This document shows, in pieces, positions 1 to 9,311 of a stretch of 53,655 bases of DNA (positions within the stretch are counted from its first letter, which is position 1; every line of letters starts with the position of its first letter). The stretch covers positions 1-53,655 of the IMG/VR virus record IMGVR_UViG_3300002855_000208; one strand, 5' to 3'. The DNA is from a virus. Taxonomy: Duplodnaviria > Caudoviricetes. Below the pieces are notes generated by a model, which ran no database searches, was not told the DNA's origin, and worked only from the letters and a program-made list of their open reading frames with translations. A program made the translations under genes and the position numbers.

Positions 1-1476
1 TTATCTAAAAGACACCTCTACCCGCGCCGGGAAGAAGGCGTTTTTCACTCCTTTAACATTCACTTCATCTGTAATAAGAGTTATCTTTTCAAATATTGTA
101 CTAACAGTCTGCTGTTTGTCCAAATCATCAAGGTCATCCCACAGATCAATTAATTGCAATAATTGCTCATTAGTCTGCGTACTTGTTCCAGCCATTGCAT
201 CCAATTTAGAAAGTATATCTTGCTCCGCTAAATACTCTTCATCCATCCTCATTCGTAGATCGGTTTCGTTAATCAAATCTTCGGCAAATGCATATTGCCA
301 TTTCTTTATTCTCGCTCTCACCTTTTCTAGATCGCGTTTCAGCTTCGCTGATTCTTTTTTCTTATCAGATTCTTTTCGTTCAATCTCAGTATGATGTTCT
401 TTCAATTGTTCAATTTCAGCCCGAATGCTTTGGATGTATTCCTTTATTAAATGTTCAACATGCACCTGACGAAACATGGGTTGATTGCAACTCTTGTTTT
501 CTTTTCGTTTGGAGCACCAGTAATAAGTTCCGCGCAATTCTGTTCCGTCTTTTCTGCTTCTCTTCGTTGTTAATCTTCCATACATCGCGGATCCGCAGCG
601 ACCACACCGCAATACGCCGTTAAACCAATATATTGCTTTGCGTGAGTATCCACCATCTGTACGGCGCCGCATTCGAAGAATATGTTCCTGAAACTCTTCT
701 TTCGTCCAGATCGCTTCATGGGTTCCTGTGACCTCAATTACATCTACTCGTTCTTCTCTTTTGCGTTGAGGGTATTTACCGTTTGCCATTTTGGAACCAA
801 ACCTAATAATGCCGGCATAAAACGGATTTTCTAGCGTCATTGCAACGTTTGTTGCGGTCCATTCGCCATCTCTGCGGACCTTGCCTTCTTTGTACATGTG
901 TGCAGCCACGGCCTGATAACTCATTCCGGACATGTAGAGCGTTCTAACTAAACGAATAAATTCTGCTTCATCCTCTATCAAGATTCCGTCGGAGTCATAA
1001 CCGTAAGGAAATTTTCCGCCCGGTCGTTTTCCCTCTTTCACCTTCTGTTCCATTCCAAGACGTACGCGTTCTGCAATGAGTTCACGTTCAAATTGAGCGA
1101 ACACGCCCAAGATACCAATCATTGCTCGGCCCATAGCTGTTGTAGTATCAAATTTCTCTTGCTTGGAAATGAACCCGACACTATATGACTGAAGGTATTC
1201 GAGTAACTCGTATAGATCTTTAACGGATCGAGTGAAGCGATCAAGTTTATATACCAGAACAGCATCTATTTCTTTATTACTTGCGGCTGTTAATATTTCC
1301 TGCAAACGAGGCCGTTTTGTATTCTTTGCAGAGAAGCCATCATCAATACAAATCTTAACTATTTCATAGTCGTTAACCCGGCAGTAATCAACCAATTGAT
1401 TCTTTTGAGCTCGGATTGAATAACCTTCATTGGCTTGTTCATCAGTACTTACTCGAATATACAAAGCGACGCGCAT
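1..1476 (-). CDS. Large serine recombinase (phage integrase)
   Basis: YIRVST catalytic Ser motif, DRFTR, recombinase domain, CGRCG...C...C zinc ribbon and coiled coil. Confidence 0.95.
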   Translation of the reverse strand: MRVALYIRVSTDEQANEGYSIRAQKNQLVDYCRVNDYEIVKICIDDGFSAKNTKRPRLQEILTAASNKEIDAVLVYKLDRFTRSVKDLYELLEYLQSYSVGFISKQEKFDTTTAMGRAMIGILGVFAQFERELIAERVRLGMEQKVKEGKRPGGKFPYGYDSDGILIEDEAEFIRLVRTLYMSGMSYQAVAAHMYKEGKVRRDGEWTATNVAMTLENPFYAGIIRFGSKMANGKYPQRKREERVDVIEVTGTHEAIWTKEEFQEHILRMRRRTDGGYSRKAIYWFNGVLRCGRCGSAMYGRLTTKRSRKDGTELRGTYYWCSKRKENKSCNQPMFRQVHVEHLIKEYIQSIRAEIEQLKEHHTEIERKESDKKKESAKLKRDLEKVRARIKKWQYAFAEDLINETDLRMRMDEEYLAEQDILSKLDAMAGTSTQTNEQLLQLIDLWDDLDDLDKQQTVSTIFEKITLITDEVNVKGVKNAFFPARVEVSFR

Positions 1477-1495
1477 ATCAAAACCCTCCCATAGA

Positions 1496-1509
1496 AGAAT
1501 GTATGTTCG
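1496..1509. promoter_or_regulatory. LexA (SOS) box upstream of integrase
   Basis: AGAATGTATGTTCG, one mismatch to the GAAC-N4-GTTC core. Confidence 0.6.
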
Positions 1510-1538
1510 GTATTTACTGGAAAAGAAAAGCCCTTAGG

Positions 1539-1841
1539 CTATTCTTCTTCTTTTTCTCTATGACTGTTCAGAAACTCCCTGAAAACTTCGGCCGGCATAA
1601 TGAGTTTGCTCAAGTCTGAATGGCCTAGCCGTTCCTGCAGTCGATTACGATCGATGCCGACTTTGTTTCCGTCCATAAATAGTTCTTCCGGCTCGAGGAA
1701 GTCCGTTTTGTCATCACCCAACAGTCCCATCGATACTTCGGTGAAATATGTTTTCTGTTCATCAGGGAGATGCTGCTCGTTTGGTTTGAAGATTACGATC
1801 TTTGTAAGTGGACCACGTTCAACTTGGATTCGGAATCGCAT
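1539..1841 (-). CDS. Hypothetical protein
   Basis: 100-aa ORF with AAGGAG RBS, co-oriented with integrase. Confidence 0.75.
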   Translation of the reverse strand: MRFRIQVERGPLTKIVIFKPNEQHLPDEQKTYFTEVSMGLLGDDKTDFLEPEELFMDGNKVGIDRNRLQERLGHSDLSKLIMPAEVFREFLNSHREKEEE

Positions 1842-1845
1842 GGTC

Positions 1846-2208
1846 TCACTCCTTTTTTGAATCTAGCAGAGATATGATTTTTCCGAGAGTAATTAAGATT
1901 AATGCTACTGATGAAGTAATGAATACAGGTACCAGTATTGCTTTAACCTTTACGGTGGTGGATACGTAATCACGTATGTACTTATCATTAAGTTCACTTA
2001 AATCGTTCAATCCATATATGAGTCCACCGAAAATGAAGATAACAGCAAAAAAGATGAGAACGCCTCTCCATGTAAATTGGGTTTCAGTATTTACTTCAAT
2101 CTCTATTGGAGAACCATCTGAATAGTCCTGGTGAATCTCGCAATATCCGTTTTCAAGAGCTCTGTTCGTGCATGCAGATGCAACGCACATTTTCTTAGTC
2201 GTAGTCAT
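1846..2208 (-). CDS. Membrane protein with N-terminal Cys/His cluster, possible superinfection-exclusion factor
   Basis: AAGGAG RBS before ATG at 2208; C-x4-C-x9-C-x2-H; two hydrophobic segments. Confidence 0.7.
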   Translation of the reverse strand: MTTTKKMCVASACTNRALENGYCEIHQDYSDGSPIEIEVNTETQFTWRGVLIFFAVIFIFGGLIYGLNDLSELNDKYIRDYVSTTVKVKAILVPVFITSSVALILITLGKIISLLDSKKE

Positions 2209-2425
2209 TAACTTCTCCTTGTGATTCCCGATAGGATCGGGGAGTTGCTTTAGTCTTGGTGACAAAGAACCGAATATTCAGATAACCATATTCTGACTGG
2301 AAAGCGTTTCCCGAGCGAACATATAATAATCATACAACATTCGACAGTATTAGGGCATAAGAGGAAACCACTCTTAGCTTAGAGCTAAGAATCTGATAGG
2401 GAGGGGCTGATGCCCGACCGATTAC

Positions 2426-2641
2426 CTAATTTGTGATGACTCTTTCGTACAACTCATCCATTGAACATCCAAGTAAATACGCAGCTTGGGCGGCAACCAA
2501 GTATGAAAAATATCTCTTCCCCGAAATCACCTGGGAAAGAAACCCCTCTGAGATCCCGAGTTTGTTCGCGAATTGAACTTGTGTCCAACCTTTTTTATCG
2601 ATGAGTTCAGGTAATCGGCTTCTCCCTATCAGGAGAGCCAA
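2426..2641 (-). CDS. XRE-family HTH protein
   Basis: WTQVQFANKLGISEGFLSQVISG helix-turn-helix. Confidence 0.85.
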   Translation of the reverse strand: MALLIGRSRLPELIDKKGWTQVQFANKLGISEGFLSQVISGKRYFSYLVAAQAAYLLGCSMDELYERVITN

Positions 2642-2671
2642 CCAATCACCTCATTATGGTAATTTTTAGCC

Positions 2672-2700
2672 TTGAACGGGAACTGATGTTCGTATAGAAT
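2672..2700 (+). promoter_or_regulatory. SigA promoter with LexA box in the spacer
   Basis: TTGAAC-17 bp-TAGAAT; GAACTGATGTTC at 2680-2691. Confidence 0.8.
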
Positions 2701-2738
2701 AGGGACAAAATACGAACGGTCTACTAACTTAAGAGGCG

Positions 2739-2948
2739 GTGCTCAGCATGGATAATCAAAAGCGCGTTGCTTTAATGCAATTAGCAGAAGAATTGTTTCC
2801 TGGAATGCCTGAAAATACTCTTTTGCACCTGTGCGATGCTTTTGCCTCTATACCATCAGTCTTCATCAATGAAAGCGATTTTTGCTGCACGCTTGAGTTT
2901 TTTTCTAGTCTCAGGGTCGGTAATATCGATGCCCAATCCGTTCTCTAA
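2739..2948 (+). CDS. Small SOS-controlled protein, candidate antirepressor
   Basis: Follows LexA-boxed promoter; convergent with and overlapping repressor 3' end; start may be ATG 2748. Confidence 0.5.
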   Translation: MLSMDNQKRVALMQLAEELFPGMPENTLLHLCDAFASIPSVFINESDFCCTLEFFSSLRVGNIDAQSVL

Positions 2949-3662
2949 TTCTTCAATAAATAGTATTTTCTCGTTAACTTGCTCCAAAGTCTCTTTTTTA
3001 ATAAGTAAATTCGCGGCTTTTCGTTCTTCTATTTCTTTCAATCTTTTTGCTTCGTCAGCTTGGATTGACATTTCAACAATTTCTGGGTAAGGGTTAGAAT
3101 CGAATATTGCATTTCCGTTTGGATCTACATATTTCGTAAAATCTATATCGAATGATCCATACGAGATTTTATCTTGTCCCTGAAAGAAATTACGTTTAAT
3201 TTGCGCTAAAGTTTGGGCTGCTAATTCTGGATATGATTTTAATCCATCGGTATTAAGAAAATACTTTAATTCCCTCAATACTTCTCCGTTGGCAAATTCT
3301 ATTTTTTCTAAATAATATTCATCTACAATCTCAAACTGCCTATAATATTCAAGAAAGTCGACAAGGAATTTGGTTAACATAAAAATAATGTGATATCGAT
3401 GCGCTGCTCGAAGTTGATCTTGAACTTCAGGCGGCGCTTTTTCTATATGTCCGGCCAGTAATAACGATTCCGCATCACCCCCAGTAATTTCGGCCAATGC
3501 CCGGTTGAGTTCATCGGAAGCAGGTGGAGTCTTTCCATTCTGGAGTTTACTTAGGTATTGCTTTGTCGCTGATAGCTTATAACTTGAAAGTTTCTCTGAT
3601 ATTTCGTCAAGCGTAAGATTCGACTTCTTTATATAACTTTGCAGTAATTCGGAATAATTCAT
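2856..3662 (-). CDS. Immunity repressor (CI-like, XRE HTH)
   Basis: N-terminal HTH (YLSKLQNGK); divergent from Cro-like gene; no S24 peptidase motif recognised. Confidence 0.8.
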   Translation of the reverse strand: MNYSELLQSYIKKSNLTLDEISEKLSSYKLSATKQYLSKLQNGKTPPASDELNRALAEITGGDAESLLLAGHIEKAPPEVQDQLRAAHRYHIIFMLTKFLVDFLEYYRQFEIVDEYYLEKIEFANGEVLRELKYFLNTDGLKSYPELAAQTLAQIKRNFFQGQDKISYGSFDIDFTKYVDPNGNAIFDSNPYPEIVEMSIQADEAKRLKEIEERKAANLLIKKETLEQVNEKILFIEELENGLGIDITDPETRKKLKRAAKIAFIDED

Positions 3663-3689
3663 TGGACATCATCCTCCAGTAACATTATT

Positions 3690-3812
3690 GACTGTTGTCA
3701 TAACAATATCAACATTTAAGTTGTTATTATTTTTATGGCAACAAAGTGTTGACATAAAAAGTTTAAGTTGTTATTATGATGTTAACCAAAAGTTAAACAT
3801 TTTATAACAACA
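3690..3812. promoter_or_regulatory. Divergent lysogeny/lysis promoters and operators
   Basis: 16-bp direct repeat TTTAAGTTGTTATTAT at 3715 and 3762; TTGACA at 3749; related ATRRCAAC half-sites in both orientations. Confidence 0.75.
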
Positions 3813-3824
3813 GGGGGTGAGAAT

Positions 3825-4091
3825 ATGACTTATGCCGAGATGTTAAAGTCTGCTATTAAAAACTCTGGCTTATCCCTAAACAAGATTTGCAACATGCTCC
3901 AAGAAAGGGGTCTGAAAACTGAAAAAGCACAGATCAGCAAATTGCAAAATGGCAAGATGATCCCTGCCGGAGACAGAATAAATGAAGCGCTCGCGTCTGC
4001 ATTAAATATCGACCCAATTGAATTAAAAGCCGCTGCCTACCGGGAGAAGATACCACCTGAAGTTCTTGAACGATTAAAGAATACCGCCTGA
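3825..4091 (+). CDS. Cro-like XRE regulator
   Basis: HTH (QISKLQNGK); first gene of rightward early operon. Confidence 0.8.
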   Translation: MTYAEMLKSAIKNSGLSLNKICNMLQERGLKTEKAQISKLQNGKMIPAGDRINEALASALNIDPIELKAAAYREKIPPEVLERLKNTA

Positions 4092-4095
4092 AAGG

Positions 4096-4872
4096 ATGAT
4101 GAACGTGAACAAGACTCAAATCTTCAACTTCAATGATGCAAAGGTTCGTATCGTCGAGAAGGACGGACAACCATGGTTCGTGCTGAAAGATATTGCAGAA
4201 GTTCTCGAAATCGGACATGTACCAGCTTTGAGGCAACGGCTTTCCGATGATGTAGTTTCAAACTACCCCATCCCCGACGCGCTCGGAAGGCAACAGGACA
4301 CGACGATCATCAACGAGGACGGACTATACGATGTGATTCTCGAAAGCAGGAAACCAGAAGCCCGCACTTTCCGCAAGTGGGTAACAAGTGAAGTCCTTCC
4401 TTCGATCCGCAAGACGGGTCAATACGGTATTCCAACGACACTTCCCGAGGCGCTCCGACTTGCCGCAGATCTCGCAGACAAGAACTTGCAACTTCAACTT
4501 GAAGGTGCTCAGAAAGACCAAATCATCAACGAGCTTCAACCCAAGGCTTCATACGTAGATCAAATCTTGAAAAGCAAGAGCACGGTTACTATTACCCAAA
4601 TCGCAAAGGACTACGGATTGAGCGGTCAAGAACTCAACAGAATCCTTCACGACGAAGGGGTACAGTACAAAATGAACGGCCAGTGGCTGCTATATCGCAA
4701 ACATCAAGATCAGGGATATACAAAATCGAACACCGTAGATATTCACCATTCTGATGGTTCGCAATCTGTGAAGATGAATACGCAATGGACGCAAAAGGGT
4801 CGGCTATTTATCCATGAAATATTGAGGTCCAGAAGCATCATTCCTTTCATGGATCGTCAGAACACAGCCTAA
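4096..4872 (+). CDS. Phage antirepressor (BRO-N plus ANT/KilA-C)
   Basis: PWFVLKD, INEDGLY, FRKWVTSEVLPSIRKTG; C-terminal TQWTQKGRLFI. Confidence 0.92.
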   Translation: MMNVNKTQIFNFNDAKVRIVEKDGQPWFVLKDIAEVLEIGHVPALRQRLSDDVVSNYPIPDALGRQQDTTIINEDGLYDVILESRKPEARTFRKWVTSEVLPSIRKTGQYGIPTTLPEALRLAADLADKNLQLQLEGAQKDQIINELQPKASYVDQILKSKSTVTITQIAKDYGLSGQELNRILHDEGVQYKMNGQWLLYRKHQDQGYTKSNTVDIHHSDGSQSVKMNTQWTQKGRLFIHEILRSRSIIPFMDRQNTA

Positions 4873-4885
4873 GGAGGTTCTAGTT

Positions 4886-4999
4886 ATGCACAACCCCGGA
4901 TTAAGTCCTGAAGCATGGAAACAATTTGTTCGGTTGTTAGCCCGGCTAAACATCAAATACGGGTCCAAGGCAACTGAAAGGCTTAAGAATGCAGCTTGA
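4886..4999 (+). CDS. 37-aa protein, not in ORF track
   Basis: AAGGAGG RBS; MHNPGLSPEAWKQFVRLLARLNIKYGSKATERLKNAA. Confidence 0.55.
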   Translation: MHNPGLSPEAWKQFVRLLARLNIKYGSKATERLKNAA

Positions 5000-5125
5000 T
5001 AAAAAATAGCCCGCCCAGCAGGGCAGGCACAAGCAAGGGTGTGGGTTGCTGGGTACATCATTAGATTAACACTTTGTTGATATGAAAGTCCTCTCGAATT
5101 TCGAGCGAAGGAGGTGTAAACGAAG

Positions 5126-5389
5126 GTGAATCTCAATTTTGGAGTTGTTGTAAAAGCGCTACGTGTCAGAAAAGGGTGGAGTCAGGAGGAATTTGCAGAG
5201 CACGTCCACATGTCGCGTAGCGCGATCGGAAAGATCGAGAACGACCAACAAACGCTTGATGTACCCACTTTGGTCAAGATGGTCGAGGTAACCGGTGAGC
5301 CAATAGTTGCTGTAGCGATCATGCTCGGCGCAGAAGGCATCAGCATTTTGCAAAACATTCTCGGGATGATTGGAGGCGCAGGTGGATGA
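5126..5389 (+). CDS. XRE-family HTH protein
   Basis: WSQEEFAEHVHMSRSAIGKIEN; AAGGAGG RBS. Confidence 0.88.
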   Translation: MNLNFGVVVKALRVRKGWSQEEFAEHVHMSRSAIGKIENDQQTLDVPTLVKMVEVTGEPIVAVAIMLGAEGISILQNILGMIGGAGG

Positions 5390-5581
5390 AGGTAACGGGT
5401 AGAGGTTGGATGGCACTCACTAAAGGCGAGAGAGTGGCGGTTTTAGAGTATGCGGCATACGAGAACAAGAAACGTTGGCAGCGGAAAGTGGCATAAAAAA
5501 AGACCCTTTGCAGAGGGTCGGCGGTACTTGAAAAAATTTGTTGGCTTTATCTTATCACATTTATAGGAGGGCGACAATCGG

Positions 5582-5743
5582 ATGAAAAAGCCTAAATGGA
5601 AAACGTTGAAGGCCGAGAACGTGGAATTGAAAGCAAGAATCGCTGCGCTTGAGAAGGAGAATACCTTACTTTCGTTGATTGGCCCAGAAGCTTACGCCAG
5701 AATGCAAGTTCGAACAGGAGCGAATAGTCGTGCAGGGGCTTAA
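5582..5743 (+). CDS. 53-aa coiled-coil protein, not in ORF track
   Basis: AGGAGG RBS; MKKPKWKTLKAENVELKARIAALEKEN... Confidence 0.55.
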   Translation: MKKPKWKTLKAENVELKARIAALEKENTLLSLIGPEAYARMQVRTGANSRAGA

Positions 5744-5936
5744 CGCGGGCGTCATTGTTAGGGACAAGCCATTGGACTTGGTTGCGAACTGCGCTCATCC
5801 GTTCTGCAAACGGCCCATCCACTTCACAGAGCGCTGCATACAGATCGGAAGCGATCATTACTGTTCGGAGCGCTGCTTTGTCGAGTGGCACGGCGGGTCC
5901 GTCATTATGGCAGGTACTGAACAACTCACTATCTAA
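5679..5936 (+). CDS. Small Cys-rich, probably Zn-binding protein
   Basis: CAHPFC...YCSERC; real start probably further downstream. Confidence 0.6.
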   Translation: MAQKLTPECKFEQERIVVQGLNAGVIVRDKPLDLVANCAHPFCKRPIHFTERCIQIGSDHYCSERCFVEWHGGSVIMAGTEQLTI

Positions 5937-5944
5937 CGGAGGCG

Positions 5945-6241
5945 ATGGGCTTGGAATTCAAATGGCTTAGTCCCGGGTCGGATAAAGCAGCCGTCTTTAT
6001 GATCCTCGCCAGAATGAATTGCAAGGGAATGAACCGCGGCTCCGCGATACACGAAACGTTAAACAATGGTTTGCTTTGTCGCTTTCCCGGCGAAATGCCC
6101 GAACGAGAAGTGACAAGGTTTCAAATGATGATCGATGAAGCACTAGAAAAATCAAATAAACGGAGGCAAGAACATGAAAACCCTGAAATTGCTTCGCTTA
6201 GCTCTCGATTACTTCAAAGGCGCGATCAGCTTCGTGCTTGA
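5945..6241 (+). CDS. Hypothetical protein
   Basis: GGAGG RBS, operon position. Confidence 0.6.
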   Translation: MGLEFKWLSPGSDKAAVFMILARMNCKGMNRGSAIHETLNNGLLCRFPGEMPEREVTRFQMMIDEALEKSNKRRQEHENPEIASLSSRLLQRRDQLRA

Positions 6242-8156
6242 TGCAGAAGGAAAAGAGGTACGGGTTTACGGCACGAACGAGGCCGGAAAGACAACGCTGT
6301 TAGATGCGTTCCTGTGGCTTTTTTTCCATAAGGACAGCCAGAACAAAGCGGATTTCGGAATCAAGACGCTGCAGAACGGCAAGGAATTGCACAACATGGA
6401 GCATTCAGTTGAAGGATCGTTCCTGATAGATGGCCGGCGCCGGACGTTCAAGAAGGTCTTTAAGGAAGTGTGGCAGCAAAAGCGCGGAACGGCGGCGACA
6501 AAATTCACTGGACACACGACAGATTACTTCGTCGACGGCGTTCCGGTTTCCATGAAGGAATATGACAAAGAGGTCAAAGGCATTGTCAGCGAAGACGTGT
6601 TTAAACTCCTAACAAACCCATTCTATTTTCACGAACACATGCACTGGAAAGACCGCTTGAAGGTTCTTCTCGAGGTTTGCGGCGACGTCTCGGATGCGGA
6701 AGTCATCGACGGCACAAAAAGCCTTAAAGGGCTAACCGAGATCCTTGACGGTAGATCGATCGATAGCCACCGGAAGATGGTCGTCGCTCGTCAATCGAAA
6801 ATTAACGAAGAGTTGAAGGACATCCCGGTCCGCATCAGTGAAGCGAACCGCAGCATGCCGGAGCTTCCGGAAGGTGGTAGGGAATACTTCGCTGGCCGGA
6901 TAGAATCTCTTCGGGCGAAGATCACCGAGAAGCAGGAAGAAATCGCCCGGATCCAGTCCGGCGGGGAAGTGACGGTAAAGCAAAACCGCATCCGGGAAAT
7001 CGAAGGCGAGCTGCTTCAACTTAAAAACCAACTTCAAGGCGATGTCCTTGAAACGATCGCTGCCCGGCGCGGAACGGTATCGCGCATTCAGCGAATCATC
7101 GAAGACGCTCGGCTCGATATCGACACGAAGAAAAGCCGAATCGGACGTAATGAAAGAACAATCGAGCAATTGGAAACTGATCGAGCCAATTTGCGGGCAC
7201 GATTTAACGCCCGGAATTCCGAAGCGTTCCAGCCGCAGCACGATGAAAGCTGCACTACATGCGGACAAACACTGCCGGCAGAACGGATCGTAGAAGCTCA
7301 CAGAAAGGCAGAGGAAGCGTTCAACCTCTCCAAGGCCCGCGATCTCGAATCTATCCAATCCAAAGGCAAAGCGGCAAGGGACGAATCCGAGAAACTGCAA
7401 TCCGAGAACAAACAGTTGGAAAGCGAATTGGAAGTTCTTTATGCCAAGATCGAATCCGAACGCAGTTCTCTTGAAGCGGCAAAATCCTTGTTGGCTGAAT
7501 CCGAAGCATCTGTAACTGATGTCGAGTCTCACCCGGATTACATCGCCAAGGGTTCGGAGATCGCCGCAATCAAAACTGAAATAGAAACACTTCAGCAAAG
7601 CACTTCTCAAGCTGTTGCGGCCGTCAGAGAAGAAGTCACCAACATTCAATTCAGCATTAGCGAGTTGGAACGCGAACGTGCCAAATTCGACCTTGTTGAT
7701 TCCATCCAGAAGCGTATCGCGGAACTGGTGCAGCAGGAGAAAGACTTGGCTACCGAATACGAACGCCTCGCTCACGAACTTTACCTGACAGAAGAGTTCA
7801 CCCGCGCCAAGACAGCGATGCTCGAGGATCGGATCAACAGCAAGTTCAAGCTTGCCCGGTTCAAACTCTTCAAAGATCAGATCAACGGCGGTCTGGAAGA
7901 TACATGCGTCGCCACGTACAAGGGTGTACCATTCGATGCCGGCCTGAACAACGCCGCGCAGATCAACGTCGGTCTCGACATCATTAACACTCTCTCGGAG
8001 CACTACGGCGTATCGGTTCCGATCTTCATCGACAATGCTGAATCCGTTGTCGAACTGATCGAGACGGTCGGCCAAAAAATCAGCCTAATCGTTAGCGAGA
8101 AGGACAAGAAGCTCCGCGTCGAGACAATCGGAGAATCTATTAAGGAGGCGGTGTAA
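6174..8156 (+). CDS. SbcC/Rad50-like ATPase
   Basis: Walker A GTNEAGKTT, long coiled coil with CTTC hook, Walker B IFIDNAE. Confidence 0.9.
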   Translation: MKTLKLLRLALDYFKGAISFVLDAEGKEVRVYGTNEAGKTTLLDAFLWLFFHKDSQNKADFGIKTLQNGKELHNMEHSVEGSFLIDGRRRTFKKVFKEVWQQKRGTAATKFTGHTTDYFVDGVPVSMKEYDKEVKGIVSEDVFKLLTNPFYFHEHMHWKDRLKVLLEVCGDVSDAEVIDGTKSLKGLTEILDGRSIDSHRKMVVARQSKINEELKDIPVRISEANRSMPELPEGGREYFAGRIESLRAKITEKQEEIARIQSGGEVTVKQNRIREIEGELLQLKNQLQGDVLETIAARRGTVSRIQRIIEDARLDIDTKKSRIGRNERTIEQLETDRANLRARFNARNSEAFQPQHDESCTTCGQTLPAERIVEAHRKAEEAFNLSKARDLESIQSKGKAARDESEKLQSENKQLESELEVLYAKIESERSSLEAAKSLLAESEASVTDVESHPDYIAKGSEIAAIKTEIETLQQSTSQAVAAVREEVTNIQFSISELERERAKFDLVDSIQKRIAELVQQEKDLATEYERLAHELYLTEEFTRAKTAMLEDRINSKFKLARFKLFKDQINGGLEDTCVATYKGVPFDAGLNNAAQINVGLDIINTLSEHYGVSVPIFIDNAESVVELIETVGQKISLIVSEKDKKLRVETIGESIKEAV

Positions 8157-9311
8157 TTGACTACATTTTCAACCGGACTTGTAAAAATAACTGAAACCTA
8201 TGCGCCGATGATCGAGCGGCAGCTTAGCGGAAACGGGGTCCACTTAGATCAATATAGCAAGCAATGCGTTGTGAATGCGATCTCGTCGATTAACACCGTT
8301 CTCGACTCCAAAGGATTGTCATGGAACGACGAACAACTTGACCGGAACAATGTAACGCAAATCCTTATGAACGTCGCGGCGCTCAAGTTGAATGCTGCGG
8401 CAAGCCCCCGGGAAGTTTACTTCCAGCTTCGTAATACTCAAATAAAGACAAAGGAAAACGGTAAAGACGTAACGATCTGGCGCAAACAGATCGAAATGGG
8501 CATCGAAGGCGACGGCAACGATGCGATCCTTAACAACTTCGGGCGCAATGTGAAGCAAGTCCGGCCGCACTGGTTGGTTCGCGATAAAGATCATTTCGAA
8601 TACCCCGGTTTCAATGGACTTGAAATGACGCCCCCGGTATGGCGCCCAACTGGACAGGGAGAGGTAGTCCGAATCGTTTATCCCATCATCTTTAAAGACG
8701 ACAGCATTCAATTCTTCATCGGTGAGCGCGACGACGTGGTAAAGAACCTCATCGCTCACATCAATAACAACCTCATGAATGAAACATTCGGGTTGCTCCC
8801 GGCAGGCAAGACTCGTTTTGACGCAACGCCCGACCAGAAGAAAAAGATCGCTGAGAAGAAGGCAGAGGTCTTGAAAAAAGCAAAAGAAGCTGGTCTCAGC
8901 GCTCTGGACGATCCTGAACTGCAGCAGTACATCAGCCCGGCTTGGTCTGAATTCCACAGCCGCGAACAAATGTTGATTCGCAAGATGCGGAACAACATCG
9001 TCAAGAAGATCCCGAAAGACTTCGGCAGCGCGTTCGTTGAAATTCTTCATAACAGCGTTGCAGATGAAACATATGCCTCGGTACAGCGCGAGATCGCTGA
9101 GAACGCGAACAGTGAACCGATCGACATCAAGGCTGAGGTTCGGCAAGAAGAGCAGAAACCGACGAAAGCTGAAGAACCGGACACTCCCGAAGAACGAGAA
9201 CCTGATCAAACAACTGTGAACGAAGGTTCCGAACCAGTGCAAGGCGACATTTACGCGGAGTTTGACAAGCATATGGCAGGCGCAGGAACGCCCACCGCCC
9301 CTGAATTCTAA
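8157..9311 (+). CDS. RecT-like ssDNA annealing recombinase
   Basis: LNAAASPREVYFQLR...EMGIEGDG...MLIRKMRNN; position between ATPase and MBL nuclease. Confidence 0.75.
   Translation: MTTFSTGLVKITETYAPMIERQLSGNGVHLDQYSKQCVVNAISSINTVLDSKGLSWNDEQLDRNNVTQILMNVAALKLNAAASPREVYFQLRNTQIKTKENGKDVTIWRKQIEMGIEGDGNDAILNNFGRNVKQVRPHWLVRDKDHFEYPGFNGLEMTPPVWRPTGQGEVVRIVYPIIFKDDSIQFFIGERDDVVKNLIAHINNNLMNETFGLLPAGKTRFDATPDQKKKIAEKKAEVLKKAKEAGLSALDDPELQQYISPAWSEFHSREQMLIRKMRNNIVKKIPKDFGSAFVEILHNSVADETYASVQREIAENANSEPIDIKAEVRQEEQKPTKAEEPDTPEEREPDQTTVNEGSEPVQGDIYAEFDKHMAGAGTPTAPEF

Noticed and set aside
1-60. attL/attR
   Set aside because: Window starts and ends at stop codons, so flanks are not available
5618-5634. 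GTGGAATTGAAAG resembling a CRISPR repeat end
   Set aside because: Single short match inside a plausible small ORF
6732-9272. Long minus-strand ORFs (447 and 317 aa)
   Set aside because: Antisense shadows of well-supported plus-strand genes; no motifs
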